A DNA stretch of 64,000 nucleotides from Minisyncoccota bacterium (GTDB lineage Bacteria > Patescibacteriota > Minisyncoccia > JAHIHE01 > JAGLIN01), in assembly GCA_041661265.1 (NCBI GenBank), contig JBAZUT010000001.1:129854-193853 (forward strand), in the 5' to 3' direction. Numbering within the stretch: position 1 is the stretch's first letter; each line of letters opens with the position of its first letter. The notes under the pieces were generated by a model that ran no database searches, had not been told where the DNA came from, and saw nothing but the letters and a program-made list of their open reading frames with translations. Shown here piece after piece: positions 39,401-48,128 of the stretch. A program made the position numbers and the translations under genes.

Positions 39401-40106
39401 TGGAAAGTTTGGGAAGATCAACCTCTTCCAATACTTTTCTGATCGCGCCGGTTCCGATATCGGCTCTGAAAACCGAAGCATATTTCAAAGACAGAGTTCT
39501 GTATTCCATTTCAGAGATCACCTTCAATTTCTTGATGCTCTTCAGATCTTCTTTCGCTTTGTCCCTCGCTTCTTTGAGTTCGTTCAATTCCGGAACGGTC
39601 AATTTTGATTTTCCCGCCTTTGCCCTGGATTTATATTCCGCTTCTATCTGATCAGATACCACCTTTCTTTCCTCTTCGTTCACATTGGTAATGAGGTAGC
39701 TTGCAAAATAGACGACTTTCTCGAGATTCTGGACAGACATATCAAGCGTAAGACCGATGCTCGAAGGAACACCCCTGAGAAACCAGATATGCGCCACCGG
39801 AACGGCAAGCTTGATGTGCCCCATTCTTTCCCTTCTTACGATCGACTTGGTCACTTCGACCCCGCATTTATCGCAGACGATCCCCTTGTATCTTATCCTT
39901 TTGTATTTTCCGCAATAGCATTCCCAGTCTTTCGTCGGACCAAAAATTTTCTCGCAGAACAGCCCGTCCTTTTCAGGCCTCTGAGTCCTGTAATTGATCG
40001 TCTCGGGTTTCGTCACTTCCCCGGTTGACCACTCCAGGATCTCCTCCGGACTTGCGAGTTTAAGCCTTACGGCATTAAAATCTTCAACCTTAGTGTTTAT
40101 TGACAT
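36420..40106 (-). CDS. rpoC: DNA-directed RNA polymerase subunit beta'
   Basis: 1228 aa. Zn-binding CGVEVT near the N-terminus. Catalytic NADFDGD. Confidence 0.97.
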   Translation of the reverse strand: MSINTKVEDFNAVRLKLASPEEILEWSTGEVTKPETINYRTQRPEKDGLFCEKIFGPTKDWECYCGKYKRIRYKGIVCDKCGVEVTKSIVRRERMGHIKLAVPVAHIWFLRGVPSSIGLTLDMSVQNLEKVVYFASYLITNVNEEERKVVSDQIEAEYKSRAKAGKSKLTVPELNELKEARDKAKEDLKSIKKLKVISEMEYRTLSLKYASVFRADIGTGAIRKVLEEVDLPKLSRKLEKDLDEIPNASAQRKKTMKRLRVVQGFIKAGIKPQWMCLDVLPVIPPDLRPMVQLDGGRFATSDLNDLYRRVINRNNRLKKLIELGAPEVISRNEKRMLQEAVDALIDNSARKGQATMAATGKKRQLRSLADMLKGKQGRFRQNLLGKRVDYSARSVIVIGPTLRLDQCGLPKKMALELFKPFVMKELIERGFAYNVRSANKLIEQGINEVWDILEEVIQNKAVLLNRAPTLHRLGIQAFYPVLIEGKAIQIHPMVCKAFNADFDGDQMAVHLPLTEEAQKESREIMLSARNLLKPATGDPIVTPSQDIVLGCYYITKMIDGKKGEGKAFNNFDEAIMSYELGMIDLVSKVKLKTSVIKDYPSKYLTAEEKSGKYIETSVGRIIFNNSLPDELRFINKVMDSSSLKAVVADSLELLGAEKTVLLVDKIKELGFYYATRSGISWGMDDLKIPGEKKAIFKEADGKIEEIRNQYEEGLLTNNERRIKAIEVWTAVKNTISKMTPGTIGEASPVAYMINSGARSNWAVITQMTGMKGLVVNPSGETIELPIKSSYKEGFNVLEYFISTHGTRKGMADTALRTSTAGYLTRRLVDVAQDVIVHEHDCGDPTSMEIIAEEHEDIGRRLSMRIAGRTAFADIKNPKSGKAIVKAGGQISKDDAKLIEKLGVKSVFVRSVVDCKTRRGLCQMCYGFDLGRNKMVEIGQAVGIVTAQAIGEPGTQLTMRTFHSGGVAGKDITQGLPRVEEIFEARLPKGKAVIAEVDGKVDEIEEGLEKKTIKIKFNPGVEALSAKEKVDDIRSYTVTKDTALLVNKGDLVTIGQQLVEGHVDLQELFLLKGIEAVKKYIIKEVQQVYTAQGEGIDDKHIEIIIRQMLSRVRIKDPGDTNLLIGDVVEKAQLLDANDRVLADNKKNKAITDKIKKKATHDQILLGITKASLTTESFLSSASFQETARVLINAAITGKEDKLRGLKENVIIGRLIPSGTGYKGRIAQGE

Positions 40107-40155
40107 GATTTATGAAATTATAAATAAATTTATTGAAAATTTTTGTGTCCGAAAA

Positions 40156-43100
40156 CTACTTTGCTTCCTTGGGTTCGGCTTCCGCGATCCCCTCTTCCGG
40201 AATTTCAACTTTCTTCGCACCCATCAGCTCGACGTCGAGAGCAAGCGCCTTGAGCTCGTTCACAAGAACATGGAACGAAGCCGGAACATGCGGACTTTTG
40301 ATCTTCTCTCCCTTGATTATCGATTCATAGGCCTTGGACCTGCCGAGAACATCGTCCGACTTTATGGTCAGGACTTCCTGCAAAGTGTGAGCCGCTCCAT
40401 ATCCTTCCAGCGCCCAGACTTCCATTTCTCCGAATCTCTGTCCGCCAAATTGCGCTTTTCCTCCGAGAGGCTGCTGTGTTATCAAAGAGTACGGACCGAT
40501 AGACCTCATATGGATCTTGTCCTCGACCAAGTGGTTCAGTTTCATTATATATACGATCCCGACCGTCACTTTGTTGTCGAATTTTCTCCCGGTCTTGCCG
40601 TCATAAAGATCAACTTTTCCGTCGGTCGGAAGTCCCGCTTTTTCAAGCTCGCGTTTTATTTCCCCTTCGGTTATTCCGTCCAGCGCCGGGCACGCAACCT
40701 TATAACCGAGCTTCTGAGCGGCCCAGCCAAGATGCGTTTCAAGGATCTGGCCGATGTTCATACGGCTGGCGACTCCCAACGGATTCAGGATGACATCAAC
40801 CGGGGTTCCGTCCTCGAGGTATGGCATATCTTCAACCGGAAGGATCTTCGAGATGACACCTTTGTTCCCGTGACGCCCCGCAAGCTTGTCTCCGACCTGT
40901 ACTTTCCTGAGCTGCGCCACGCTGACCTGGATCGTTTTTATGATCCCCGAGGAAAGCTTGTCTCCCTGCTCTCTTGAAAATATCTTGATATCGACGACTT
41001 TTCCCTGTTCGCCGTGCTGCAGATACAATGAAGTGTCTTTCACGTCTCTCGCTTTTTCTCCGAAGATGGATCGGAGTAATCTTTCTTCCGCAGTCAGATC
41101 GCTTTCGCCTTTAGGCGTTATCTTTCCGACCAAAATATCTCCAGACCTGACTTCCGCTCCGACTCGGATGATCCCGTCTTCATCAAGATCTTTCAATTTT
41201 TCTTCTCCGACGTTCGGGATGTCCCTGGTGATGACCTCCGGACCCAGCTTGGTATCCCTGACATCGATTGAGAAATCTTCGATATGGATCGAACTGAATC
41301 GGTCATCTTCCACAACTTTTTCGGATATTATGATGGCGTCCTCAAAATTCGCGCCTTCCCACGGAACGAAGGAAACAAGAAGATTCTGGCCCAATGCAAG
41401 TTCTCCGTTCTGCGTTGCGGCTCCATCGGCGAGGATATCTCCCTTTTTCACCATCTCCCCTTTTCCGACCCTTGGGTGCTGGGTCATAGAGGTTGCGGAA
41501 TTGGACCTTACAAAATTATATAGATTATATTCATCGAATCCTGATTTATGCTTTATCTTTATATGAGAACCGTCCACCTCGACGACTTCTCCCGGCTCCT
41601 TGGCAAGGATCACATGCCCCGAATCGACTGCTGCTTTCATCTCAAGCCCGGTTCCGACAACCGGAGAATCCGGCAAAATGCATGACACGGCTTGTCGTTG
41701 CATGTTCGAACCCATGAGCGCCCTGTGCGCATCATCGTGTTCAAGGAACGGTATGAGAGATGTTGCGACGCTGATCGCCTGATTGGGAGACACATCGGCA
41801 TAATCGACTTCCTTCGCATTGATAATTCCCGGCCTGCCCTTGATCCTGGCTTGTACTTCCGTTTCAGTGAACTTTCCGCTCTCGTCAGTGGGAACGCTGG
41901 CATGCGCGATCGAAGCTTCTTCTTCAACCGCCGCATCGAGATATACAACCTCGTCTGTAACTCTTCCGTTGACAACTTTCCTGTACGGTGTTTCCAAAAA
42001 ACCAAAATCATTCACCTTGCTGTAAATCGAAAGATGTCCGACTAATCCGATGTTCGGACCTTCAGGGGTCTGAATCGGGCAGATCCTTCCATAATGGCTT
42101 CTGTGCACATCACGCACCTCGAACCCGGCTCTTTCCCTTGTGAGTCCTCCCGGACCCATGGCAGAAAGCCGTCTTTTGTGTTCAAGCTCGGCAAGAGGAT
42201 TGACCTGATCCATGAACTGGCACAATTGGCTGGACATGAAAAACTCCCTGATCACAGCAATGAGAGGCCTGGTGTTTATGAATTGAGCAGGGGTCGCCGT
42301 ATTTGAATCTATGGTGCTCATCCTGTCCTTTATATTCCTTTCAACCCTCATCAGCCCCAAGCGGAACCTTTCCTGGATAAGCTCTCCGACCGATCTCGTT
42401 CTTCTGTTTCCGAGATGATCGATATCGTCTGCCGAAGCATTTATGGAATTATTCAATTTGATGATCTCCTTGACCGCCAGAATAAGATCGTTCGGCTGGA
42501 AAACCCTATGCTCCACTTTATCAGCAAGGTCGATCTTCAATCTCTGGTTGATCTTGTGGCGTCCGACTTTTCCCAAATCATACCTGTCGAATTTGAAGAA
42601 CATGCCTTCGATCAACTGCTTGGCATTGTCAGATGTCGCAAGGTCTCCCGGCCTTATTCTTTTGTAAACCTCAATAAATCCTTCGGCCTGTGATTTGGCG
42701 ACGTCCTTCTTGATGGTTTCGGTTATAAACTTGATCTCTCCCGTATCAACATCCGAGAACAGCTTCAAGAGCTGTTCGTCAGTACCGTTCCCAAACGCTC
42801 TCATGAGGGATGTTATTGCAACTTTCCTTTTCTTGTCGATCCTTACAAAGATCGCTCCACTGGATTCCGTATCGATCTCAAGCCATGCGCCGCGCGTCGG
42901 GATCAATTTCGCCCCGAAGAATTTTTTCTCTTCCTTCTCGCTCGAGTAATGGAAAAACACGCCGGGCGATTTGATCAGCTGGCTCACCACGACTCGCTCC
43001 ACTCCGTTTATCACAAAAGTGCCCCGATCCGTCATGATCGGAAATTCTCCAAAATATATTTCCTGTTCCTTGGATGCTTTGGTTTTCTTGTTTATCAGGT

Positions 43101-43386
43101 TCACTTTGCATCGGAGCGGAGCTTCATATGAAATGTTTTTCTTCTTTGATGTTTCTTCGTCGTATTTTACTTTGTCGAGATAGTAATCGACAAATTCCAA
43201 TTCCAGTTCTTTATTAAAGCTGACCACCGGAGAAACTTCTTCCAGAAGTTCCCTGAGTCCTTTTTCGATAAACCACTTATATGATTGTATCTGCGACTCG
43301 ATCAGAAATGGCGGCTCCACCACTTCTCTTCTTTTTCTAAAAAATCTTCGCGTTGATCTTAATGGTAGCAGGTCTTTTTTGGGCAT
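40156..43386 (-). CDS. rpoB: DNA-directed RNA polymerase subunit beta
   Basis: 1076 aa. Conserved [19 protein letters not shown]. Confidence 0.97.
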   Translation of the reverse strand: MPKKDLLPLRSTRRFFRKRREVVEPPFLIESQIQSYKWFIEKGLRELLEEVSPVVSFNKELELEFVDYYLDKVKYDEETSKKKNISYEAPLRCKVNLINKKTKASKEQEIYFGEFPIMTDRGTFVINGVERVVVSQLIKSPGVFFHYSSEKEEKKFFGAKLIPTRGAWLEIDTESSGAIFVRIDKKRKVAITSLMRAFGNGTDEQLLKLFSDVDTGEIKFITETIKKDVAKSQAEGFIEVYKRIRPGDLATSDNAKQLIEGMFFKFDRYDLGKVGRHKINQRLKIDLADKVEHRVFQPNDLILAVKEIIKLNNSINASADDIDHLGNRRTRSVGELIQERFRLGLMRVERNIKDRMSTIDSNTATPAQFINTRPLIAVIREFFMSSQLCQFMDQVNPLAELEHKRRLSAMGPGGLTRERAGFEVRDVHRSHYGRICPIQTPEGPNIGLVGHLSIYSKVNDFGFLETPYRKVVNGRVTDEVVYLDAAVEEEASIAHASVPTDESGKFTETEVQARIKGRPGIINAKEVDYADVSPNQAISVATSLIPFLEHDDAHRALMGSNMQRQAVSCILPDSPVVGTGLEMKAAVDSGHVILAKEPGEVVEVDGSHIKIKHKSGFDEYNLYNFVRSNSATSMTQHPRVGKGEMVKKGDILADGAATQNGELALGQNLLVSFVPWEGANFEDAIIISEKVVEDDRFSSIHIEDFSIDVRDTKLGPEVITRDIPNVGEEKLKDLDEDGIIRVGAEVRSGDILVGKITPKGESDLTAEERLLRSIFGEKARDVKDTSLYLQHGEQGKVVDIKIFSREQGDKLSSGIIKTIQVSVAQLRKVQVGDKLAGRHGNKGVISKILPVEDMPYLEDGTPVDVILNPLGVASRMNIGQILETHLGWAAQKLGYKVACPALDGITEGEIKRELEKAGLPTDGKVDLYDGKTGRKFDNKVTVGIVYIMKLNHLVEDKIHMRSIGPYSLITQQPLGGKAQFGGQRFGEMEVWALEGYGAAHTLQEVLTIKSDDVLGRSKAYESIIKGEKIKSPHVPASFHVLVNELKALALDVELMGAKKVEIPEEGIAEAEPKEAK

Positions 43387-43702
43387 GTTCTTTTAGATTA
43401 TGCTTGAAATAAATATATAATAAATTATTTTACAAAGTGAATTTTGATCTATTTTTGATCTACTATCGATATCCTGTTATTATCTATGCAAAAATATTTT
43501 TTAAGATACAAAAACAAGCCAAAACAGCGCGCGCTGTCGGCACAACTCCATAACTCCTTCTAAATTGTTTTATAAATCATAAAGTTTAAGTTTTTAACTT
43601 CAAACTTAGATATATGTATATTATATACGAATAAATAATCCTGTCAAGCCGGTCTGCCAGCCAAAAAACACCCCTCCCTGGCCTGATTCCCCCATGCTCC
43701 AT

Positions 43703-43900
43703 TTATGTCCCCGCACTCATTTCTAAAAAATTGCCTTGCAGGGATAATTTGATATCCACAATACCTCCACAATGAGGACATCTCGTTAAGAAAGACACCT
43801 CTCCTGACATATCCTTTTTTTCGACATTTTTTAACAATACTCCGTTACATTTCGCGCAATGCACCAATTGATCGTGCTTTCTGTATTCGGTCGTTTTCAT
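43703..43900 (-). CDS. small zinc-ribbon protein, hypothetical
   Basis: CAKCNG...CPHCGG gives two CxxC pairs. 65 aa. It lies in the 880-bp AT-rich region upstream of rpoB. Weak support. Confidence 0.3.
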   Translation of the reverse strand: MKTTEYRKHDQLVHCAKCNGVLLKNVEKKDMSGEVSFLTRCPHCGGIVDIKLSLQGNFLEMSAGT

Positions 43901-44266
43901 CTGTATTTGGTTATTATCTTAGTATGTGAAGTTTCTGATGTATTTATTGTATCATCGGGGATTGTATTATTCAATACACGGTCAATATCATATCCTATAA
44001 TACACAGATGTTTCTTTTTGTGATCGCTTAAATGTATTTTACACGATCTTTATGTTTATTACTGGCCAATAATGAGTCCTATAATCTACACAATGCATAT
44101 AGATATTTACATCTGTTAAATCGTATGATAAAATATATAAAAGTTATCCACAGGCGATTCTAGCTATTGTTTCAACAATTCTTAACATGCTATTACTCGT
44201 ATTATTTCAATTTTATCTGAATCACTTTAATCGAACTCCCTTGACCAGCAATAATCAATAATATCC

Positions 44267-46585
44267 ATGATTTTCGGCAATTTCAAAAAATCAATTGAAA
44301 CAATAATCAAAAAACGCCCCTCGTCCAAGATCGTCGGGGCTATAAATGACAATATCCTTGAAAGCGAGAGAAGGTACAGGGAACTCGCGGATTCCCTGCC
44401 ACAGATCATATTCGAAACCGATCCCGGTTTCAATCTGACCTTTCTTAACAATAATGCCATTTCGGTTTTTGGCTATAACAGCAATGATTATGCGAACGGA
44501 ATGAGCTTTGACAAGTTGTTTGTGGAAGAAAATGCCATCAAGATCAAAGATTGCACCATAGACTTCATCAGAAAAAAAAAGTTCCATTCTTGCGAAAAGA
44601 TCGCAAAGAAAAAAGATGGCGGCACATTCCCCGCCCTTATACATATCTCTTCTATTTTAAATGAAAGAAAAGAATTTGACGGGCTCAGGGGAATAATAAT
44701 CGATATTTCCGACAGAAAAGAAATGGAAGAATTGCTGAAAGAAAGCGAGGAAAAGTACCGGAACATCATCGAAGATTCAAATGATCCCATTTGGGTCGGA
44801 GACCTCAGAGGAAATATAACATTTTTCAACAAAGAAGCTGAAAAATTATTCGGCTATCAATTGGGTGAGCTCGAAAACAGAAGCTACGAGCCGTTAATCC
44901 CGAGGGAGGATCTGCCACGCTTAAAAAAAATAATAGTATCCGCTTTTTCCGGAAATCCAGAACAGTTTGAGGTTAAAATAAAACAGAAGAGCGGCCAATT
45001 GATCGACGTCTGGATTAAGCTTAACGCTCTCTATAAGAATGGAAAGATCGAGGGCCTGATAGCTATCGGCAGGAACATCACGGAAAAAAAGAAGTCTGAA
45101 AATCTTCTGATCGAAAGCGAAGAGCGATACCGCACAATGGTTGAAAACTCGAATGACATGATCTATATTCTTGATACGCAAGGCAAGATCACCTACATAA
45201 ACCCTGCGGCCGAAATATGCAGTGGCATGAAAAAAGAAGAAATAATAGGACAAAGCTACACATTAATGCTATCCCCCGCGGATATTCCCAGAATAAAGGA
45301 TATTTTCACCAGGACATTGCGGGGAGAAAAAAACAATTATGAAGCAAAGGTCAATAAGGCTGACGGAAGTTCGCTGATCTTATCAGTGAATACGGCACCA
45401 ATATACAAGGACGAAAAAATTATCGGCACTGTAAGTTTTGCAAAAGACATTACTGAGGAAAAAATTTCTAAAAACCTGCTATTGGAAAGCGAGGAAAGAT
45501 ATCGTACGCTAGTCGAAAATTCAAATGATGTCATTTGGTCGTTGGACACGAACGGCAAGTTTGTTTATATAAACAAAGCAGCTGAATCAATAAGTGGGTA
45601 TAGGCCCGAGGAGGTGGTAGGTGCAAGCTTTGAACTTCTGCTTTTTACAGAAGATATTGACCGGATCAGAGCTATTTTTCAAAGCGTTATGTCCGGAAAT
45701 GTCAATAAATACGAAATCAGGGTAAAAAAGAAAAATGGAGACATCTTTATATTATCCGTAAATACCGCGCCGATATTCAAAAAAGACCAGATAATCGGAA
45801 CGGTAAGCTGCGGAAGGGATATTACCGAACAAAAAGCGCAAGAAAAAGAACTGCAGAAGGAATACTCTTTCAGAAAATCCATTGAACACTCGCTTCTTGT
45901 AGGAATTGCGATTGTCGATCTTGAGAGAGTTATGACATATGTCAACCCCGCTTTTTGCACGATGACCGGATACAACGAGGAAGAGCTGCTCGGCAAGAAA
46001 CCGCCATTTGTTTTTTGGCATCCGGACGATGCGCAAGCGATCTCGGAGGGATTAAAAAAGAAGGTTAGAGGAGAGGTCCCAATGCGCAGTTTCGAATTGA
46101 AATTCCGTAAAAAAAACGGAGAAACGCTTTTCGTACTGGGACTGCACTCCCCCATTAAGAACAGCAAGGGAGAACCGACCGCCTGGATGGCTGTATTTTT
46201 CGACATAACAGAAAGAAAAGAGCGGGAAAAGGAACTGACCAAAATGAAAAAGGCGGTTGAATACTCGAATGAGGTCATCTTCATGACGGATAAAGACGGG
46301 GTAATTACTTTTATAAATCCGGAATTCACGAAAATCTATGGATATGATAAAAACGAAATCATTGGAAAAGCAAGTTATAAGCTTCTAAGGGGTCATGAAA
46401 TAAGCGATAAAGAACACGAAGACCTGAAACAAAAGATCTTTGCGAGACAGGTTATAAAAAGCAAGATACTGAACAAGACGAAAGATGGCAGATTGATCAG
46501 AATAGAAGATTACACCAACCCGATCGTTGATGATAAAAATAATCTGATCGGATTCCTTGCGATCCAGCATGAAGCTGAAGGATAA
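44267..46585 (+). CDS. six-PAS-domain sensor protein without recognisable output domain
   Basis: Six repeats of the pattern ESEERYR.LVENSND.I...D..GK..YIN.AAE...GY..EE..G. No HATPase, GGDEF, EAL or HTH motif was seen. Confidence 0.8.
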   Translation: MIFGNFKKSIETIIKKRPSSKIVGAINDNILESERRYRELADSLPQIIFETDPGFNLTFLNNNAISVFGYNSNDYANGMSFDKLFVEENAIKIKDCTIDFIRKKKFHSCEKIAKKKDGGTFPALIHISSILNERKEFDGLRGIIIDISDRKEMEELLKESEEKYRNIIEDSNDPIWVGDLRGNITFFNKEAEKLFGYQLGELENRSYEPLIPREDLPRLKKIIVSAFSGNPEQFEVKIKQKSGQLIDVWIKLNALYKNGKIEGLIAIGRNITEKKKSENLLIESEERYRTMVENSNDMIYILDTQGKITYINPAAEICSGMKKEEIIGQSYTLMLSPADIPRIKDIFTRTLRGEKNNYEAKVNKADGSSLILSVNTAPIYKDEKIIGTVSFAKDITEEKISKNLLLESEERYRTLVENSNDVIWSLDTNGKFVYINKAAESISGYRPEEVVGASFELLLFTEDIDRIRAIFQSVMSGNVNKYEIRVKKKNGDIFILSVNTAPIFKKDQIIGTVSCGRDITEQKAQEKELQKEYSFRKSIEHSLLVGIAIVDLERVMTYVNPAFCTMTGYNEEELLGKKPPFVFWHPDDAQAISEGLKKKVRGEVPMRSFELKFRKKNGETLFVLGLHSPIKNSKGEPTAWMAVFFDITERKEREKELTKMKKAVEYSNEVIFMTDKDGVITFINPEFTKIYGYDKNEIIGKASYKLLRGHEISDKEHEDLKQKIFARQVIKSKILNKTKDGRLIRIEDYTNPIVDDKNNLIGFLAIQHEAEG

Positions 46586-46603
46586 CAACTAATTTTCATA
46601 ATA

Positions 46604-47005
46604 ATGCCTTTTGTAAAAAACATCACAACCCAAGACAATGGCAGAAACAACAATCCAAGATGCATCGACAATCTGGGTAAATATCTGAAAAAGATAAGAA
46701 TAGACAATGGATACAGCATACGCTACGTCGCAAAGAAGAACAACATCTCTCCCAGTTATCTTTCGAAGATCGAGAATGGCAGCTTTTTCAATACGATCGG
46801 GATCAGTACGCTCGTTAGCCTCTCCGAATTCTATGGCATATCGATCTCATCGATGCTTGAAGAAGCGGGTTTCACGAAAAAACAATCGGATTTCCTTCCG
46901 GACTTTACTCAATATCTTCGAACCAGATATAAAATGTCCCCGCAGGCGATTCGGGATCTGGAACTGGCAAAAGAAATAATAGATAAAAAATATATGCATA
47001 ATTAG
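46604..47005 (+). CDS. XRE-family helix-turn-helix transcriptional regulator
   Basis: LGKYLKKIRIDNGYSIRYVAKKNNISPSYLSKIENG is HTH_3-like. Confidence 0.7.
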   Translation: MPFVKNITTQDNGRNNNPRCIDNLGKYLKKIRIDNGYSIRYVAKKNNISPSYLSKIENGSFFNTIGISTLVSLSEFYGISISSMLEEAGFTKKQSDFLPDFTQYLRTRYKMSPQAIRDLELAKEIIDKKYMHN

Positions 47006-47025
47006 TATCGATCTTCTCAAATATG

Positions 47026-47058
47026 GATACCCTAAACAAAAAACCTTCCCGAACAGAA
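47026..47058 (+). terminator. rho-independent terminator
   Basis: aaccttcccgaacagaaaggtt followed by ttttt. Confidence 0.6.
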
Positions 47059-47395
47059 AGGTTTTTTTGTTACATCTCGCATTTCCACTTTACAGACCTT
47101 TGACTTTAGAGACTTTCGACTATCAACCCTACATCCCTATGTTCTTCACCCACCCGAAGGTGTTCTCGAAGTTGGTGATGATGATCTGGACGACAGATTT
47201 ATTTTTCTCGCAAAGAGTGTTTTTCGTTTTGTCATAGTGTTCTTAATATTATTATTGGACGGTCCGAAAGCGGGATCTTATCAAAGAAATACCGCGAAGA
47301 GCTATCTTTCCGGTATTCTTATATTTAACATGAAGATCTTTGATTTCAAGCATATCGGCTCATTAAAGTGGAGTGAAATCTGCCACGAACCTGCT

Positions 47396-48090
47396 CTAAA
47401 AAAACCCATTACAGCCTATGAAAAGAGTGTCATTCTCACTGTTGTCCCGGATAGCCTGATTATCAGTTATGACGCAGTCTTCTTCGTTCTTGCTGTCGCT
47501 CAGGACGCTTCCTTCTCTTCCGATACTTGCGGCATTCTTCAATCTTGATCCGGCATCCCCGAGATTAATGACCGAAGATAGAAAGATCACACCCAGACTG
47601 AAACCGAACAGCATGCAAAGCAAAGTGTACGATATTCTTTTTTTTAAATTATCGGTATGGGTCATAAGCATATGCTTATTTGTTATGGATACATTGTACC
47701 ACAACCTAATAATATTCTCAACAAATTTGGCAACTGAGATCAGAACCACTCCGCCTTGTTCCTGAGACAGTAATTCAATGTTTTTGCAGTCATCTCCCCT
47801 ATCTGCCATGAAGTGAATCCGCATTTTCCTTTTGAATTTTCATTCTCGAGCCCGAATGAGGCGCTCTTCTTTTTCTTATAATACGGCGAATCGCAATCAA
47901 AGACAACCTCGGATATGTTTTTGATCGATATATGATTTTTCACGAACAAGGCTTCGATATTCTCAAGAATTTTTTCCGCAAGATCCCTGCTGTCGATCCA
48001 GCTCAACTCATCGACTGCATTTCCCTTTTTGGCCAGCAAAAAAAGGCTCGCTTTTACGCCAATAACTTCGATTTTTAATTTATATTTCAT
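47396..48090 (-). pseudogene. TsaB/YeaZ-like (inactive Kae1/TsaD paralogue) gene split by a frameshift
   Basis: ORF 47740-48090 (LKIEVIGVKASLFLL...CGFTSWQIGEMTAKTL) resembles the TsaB N-domain. The overlapping ORF 47396-47824 (HFMADRGDDCKNIELLSQEQGGVV) resembles the TsaB DAR.GEVYW region. The two frames overlap by about 85 nt. This could instead be a sequencing error. Confidence 0.35.
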
Positions 48091-48128
48091 TGATTTTAAT
48101 TATTATTTCAGCTCTTCCGGATTACTTT

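Noticed and set aside
37363-43183. Numerous plus-strand ORFs overlapping rpoB/rpoC (for example 39994-40977, 327 aa)
   Set aside because: They are antisense to highly conserved RNA polymerase genes and have no independent support.
43387-44266. Search for a tRNA or small RNA gene in the long AT-rich spacer upstream of rpoB
   Set aside because: No cloverleaf-compatible acceptor/T-arm pattern or GTTC motif context was found by eye. It cannot be excluded without tRNAscan or Infernal.
47237-47548. Plus-strand ORF (103 aa) overlapping the tsaB-like region
   Set aside because: It lies opposite a region with recognisable TsaB-like similarity on the minus strand and has no RBS.
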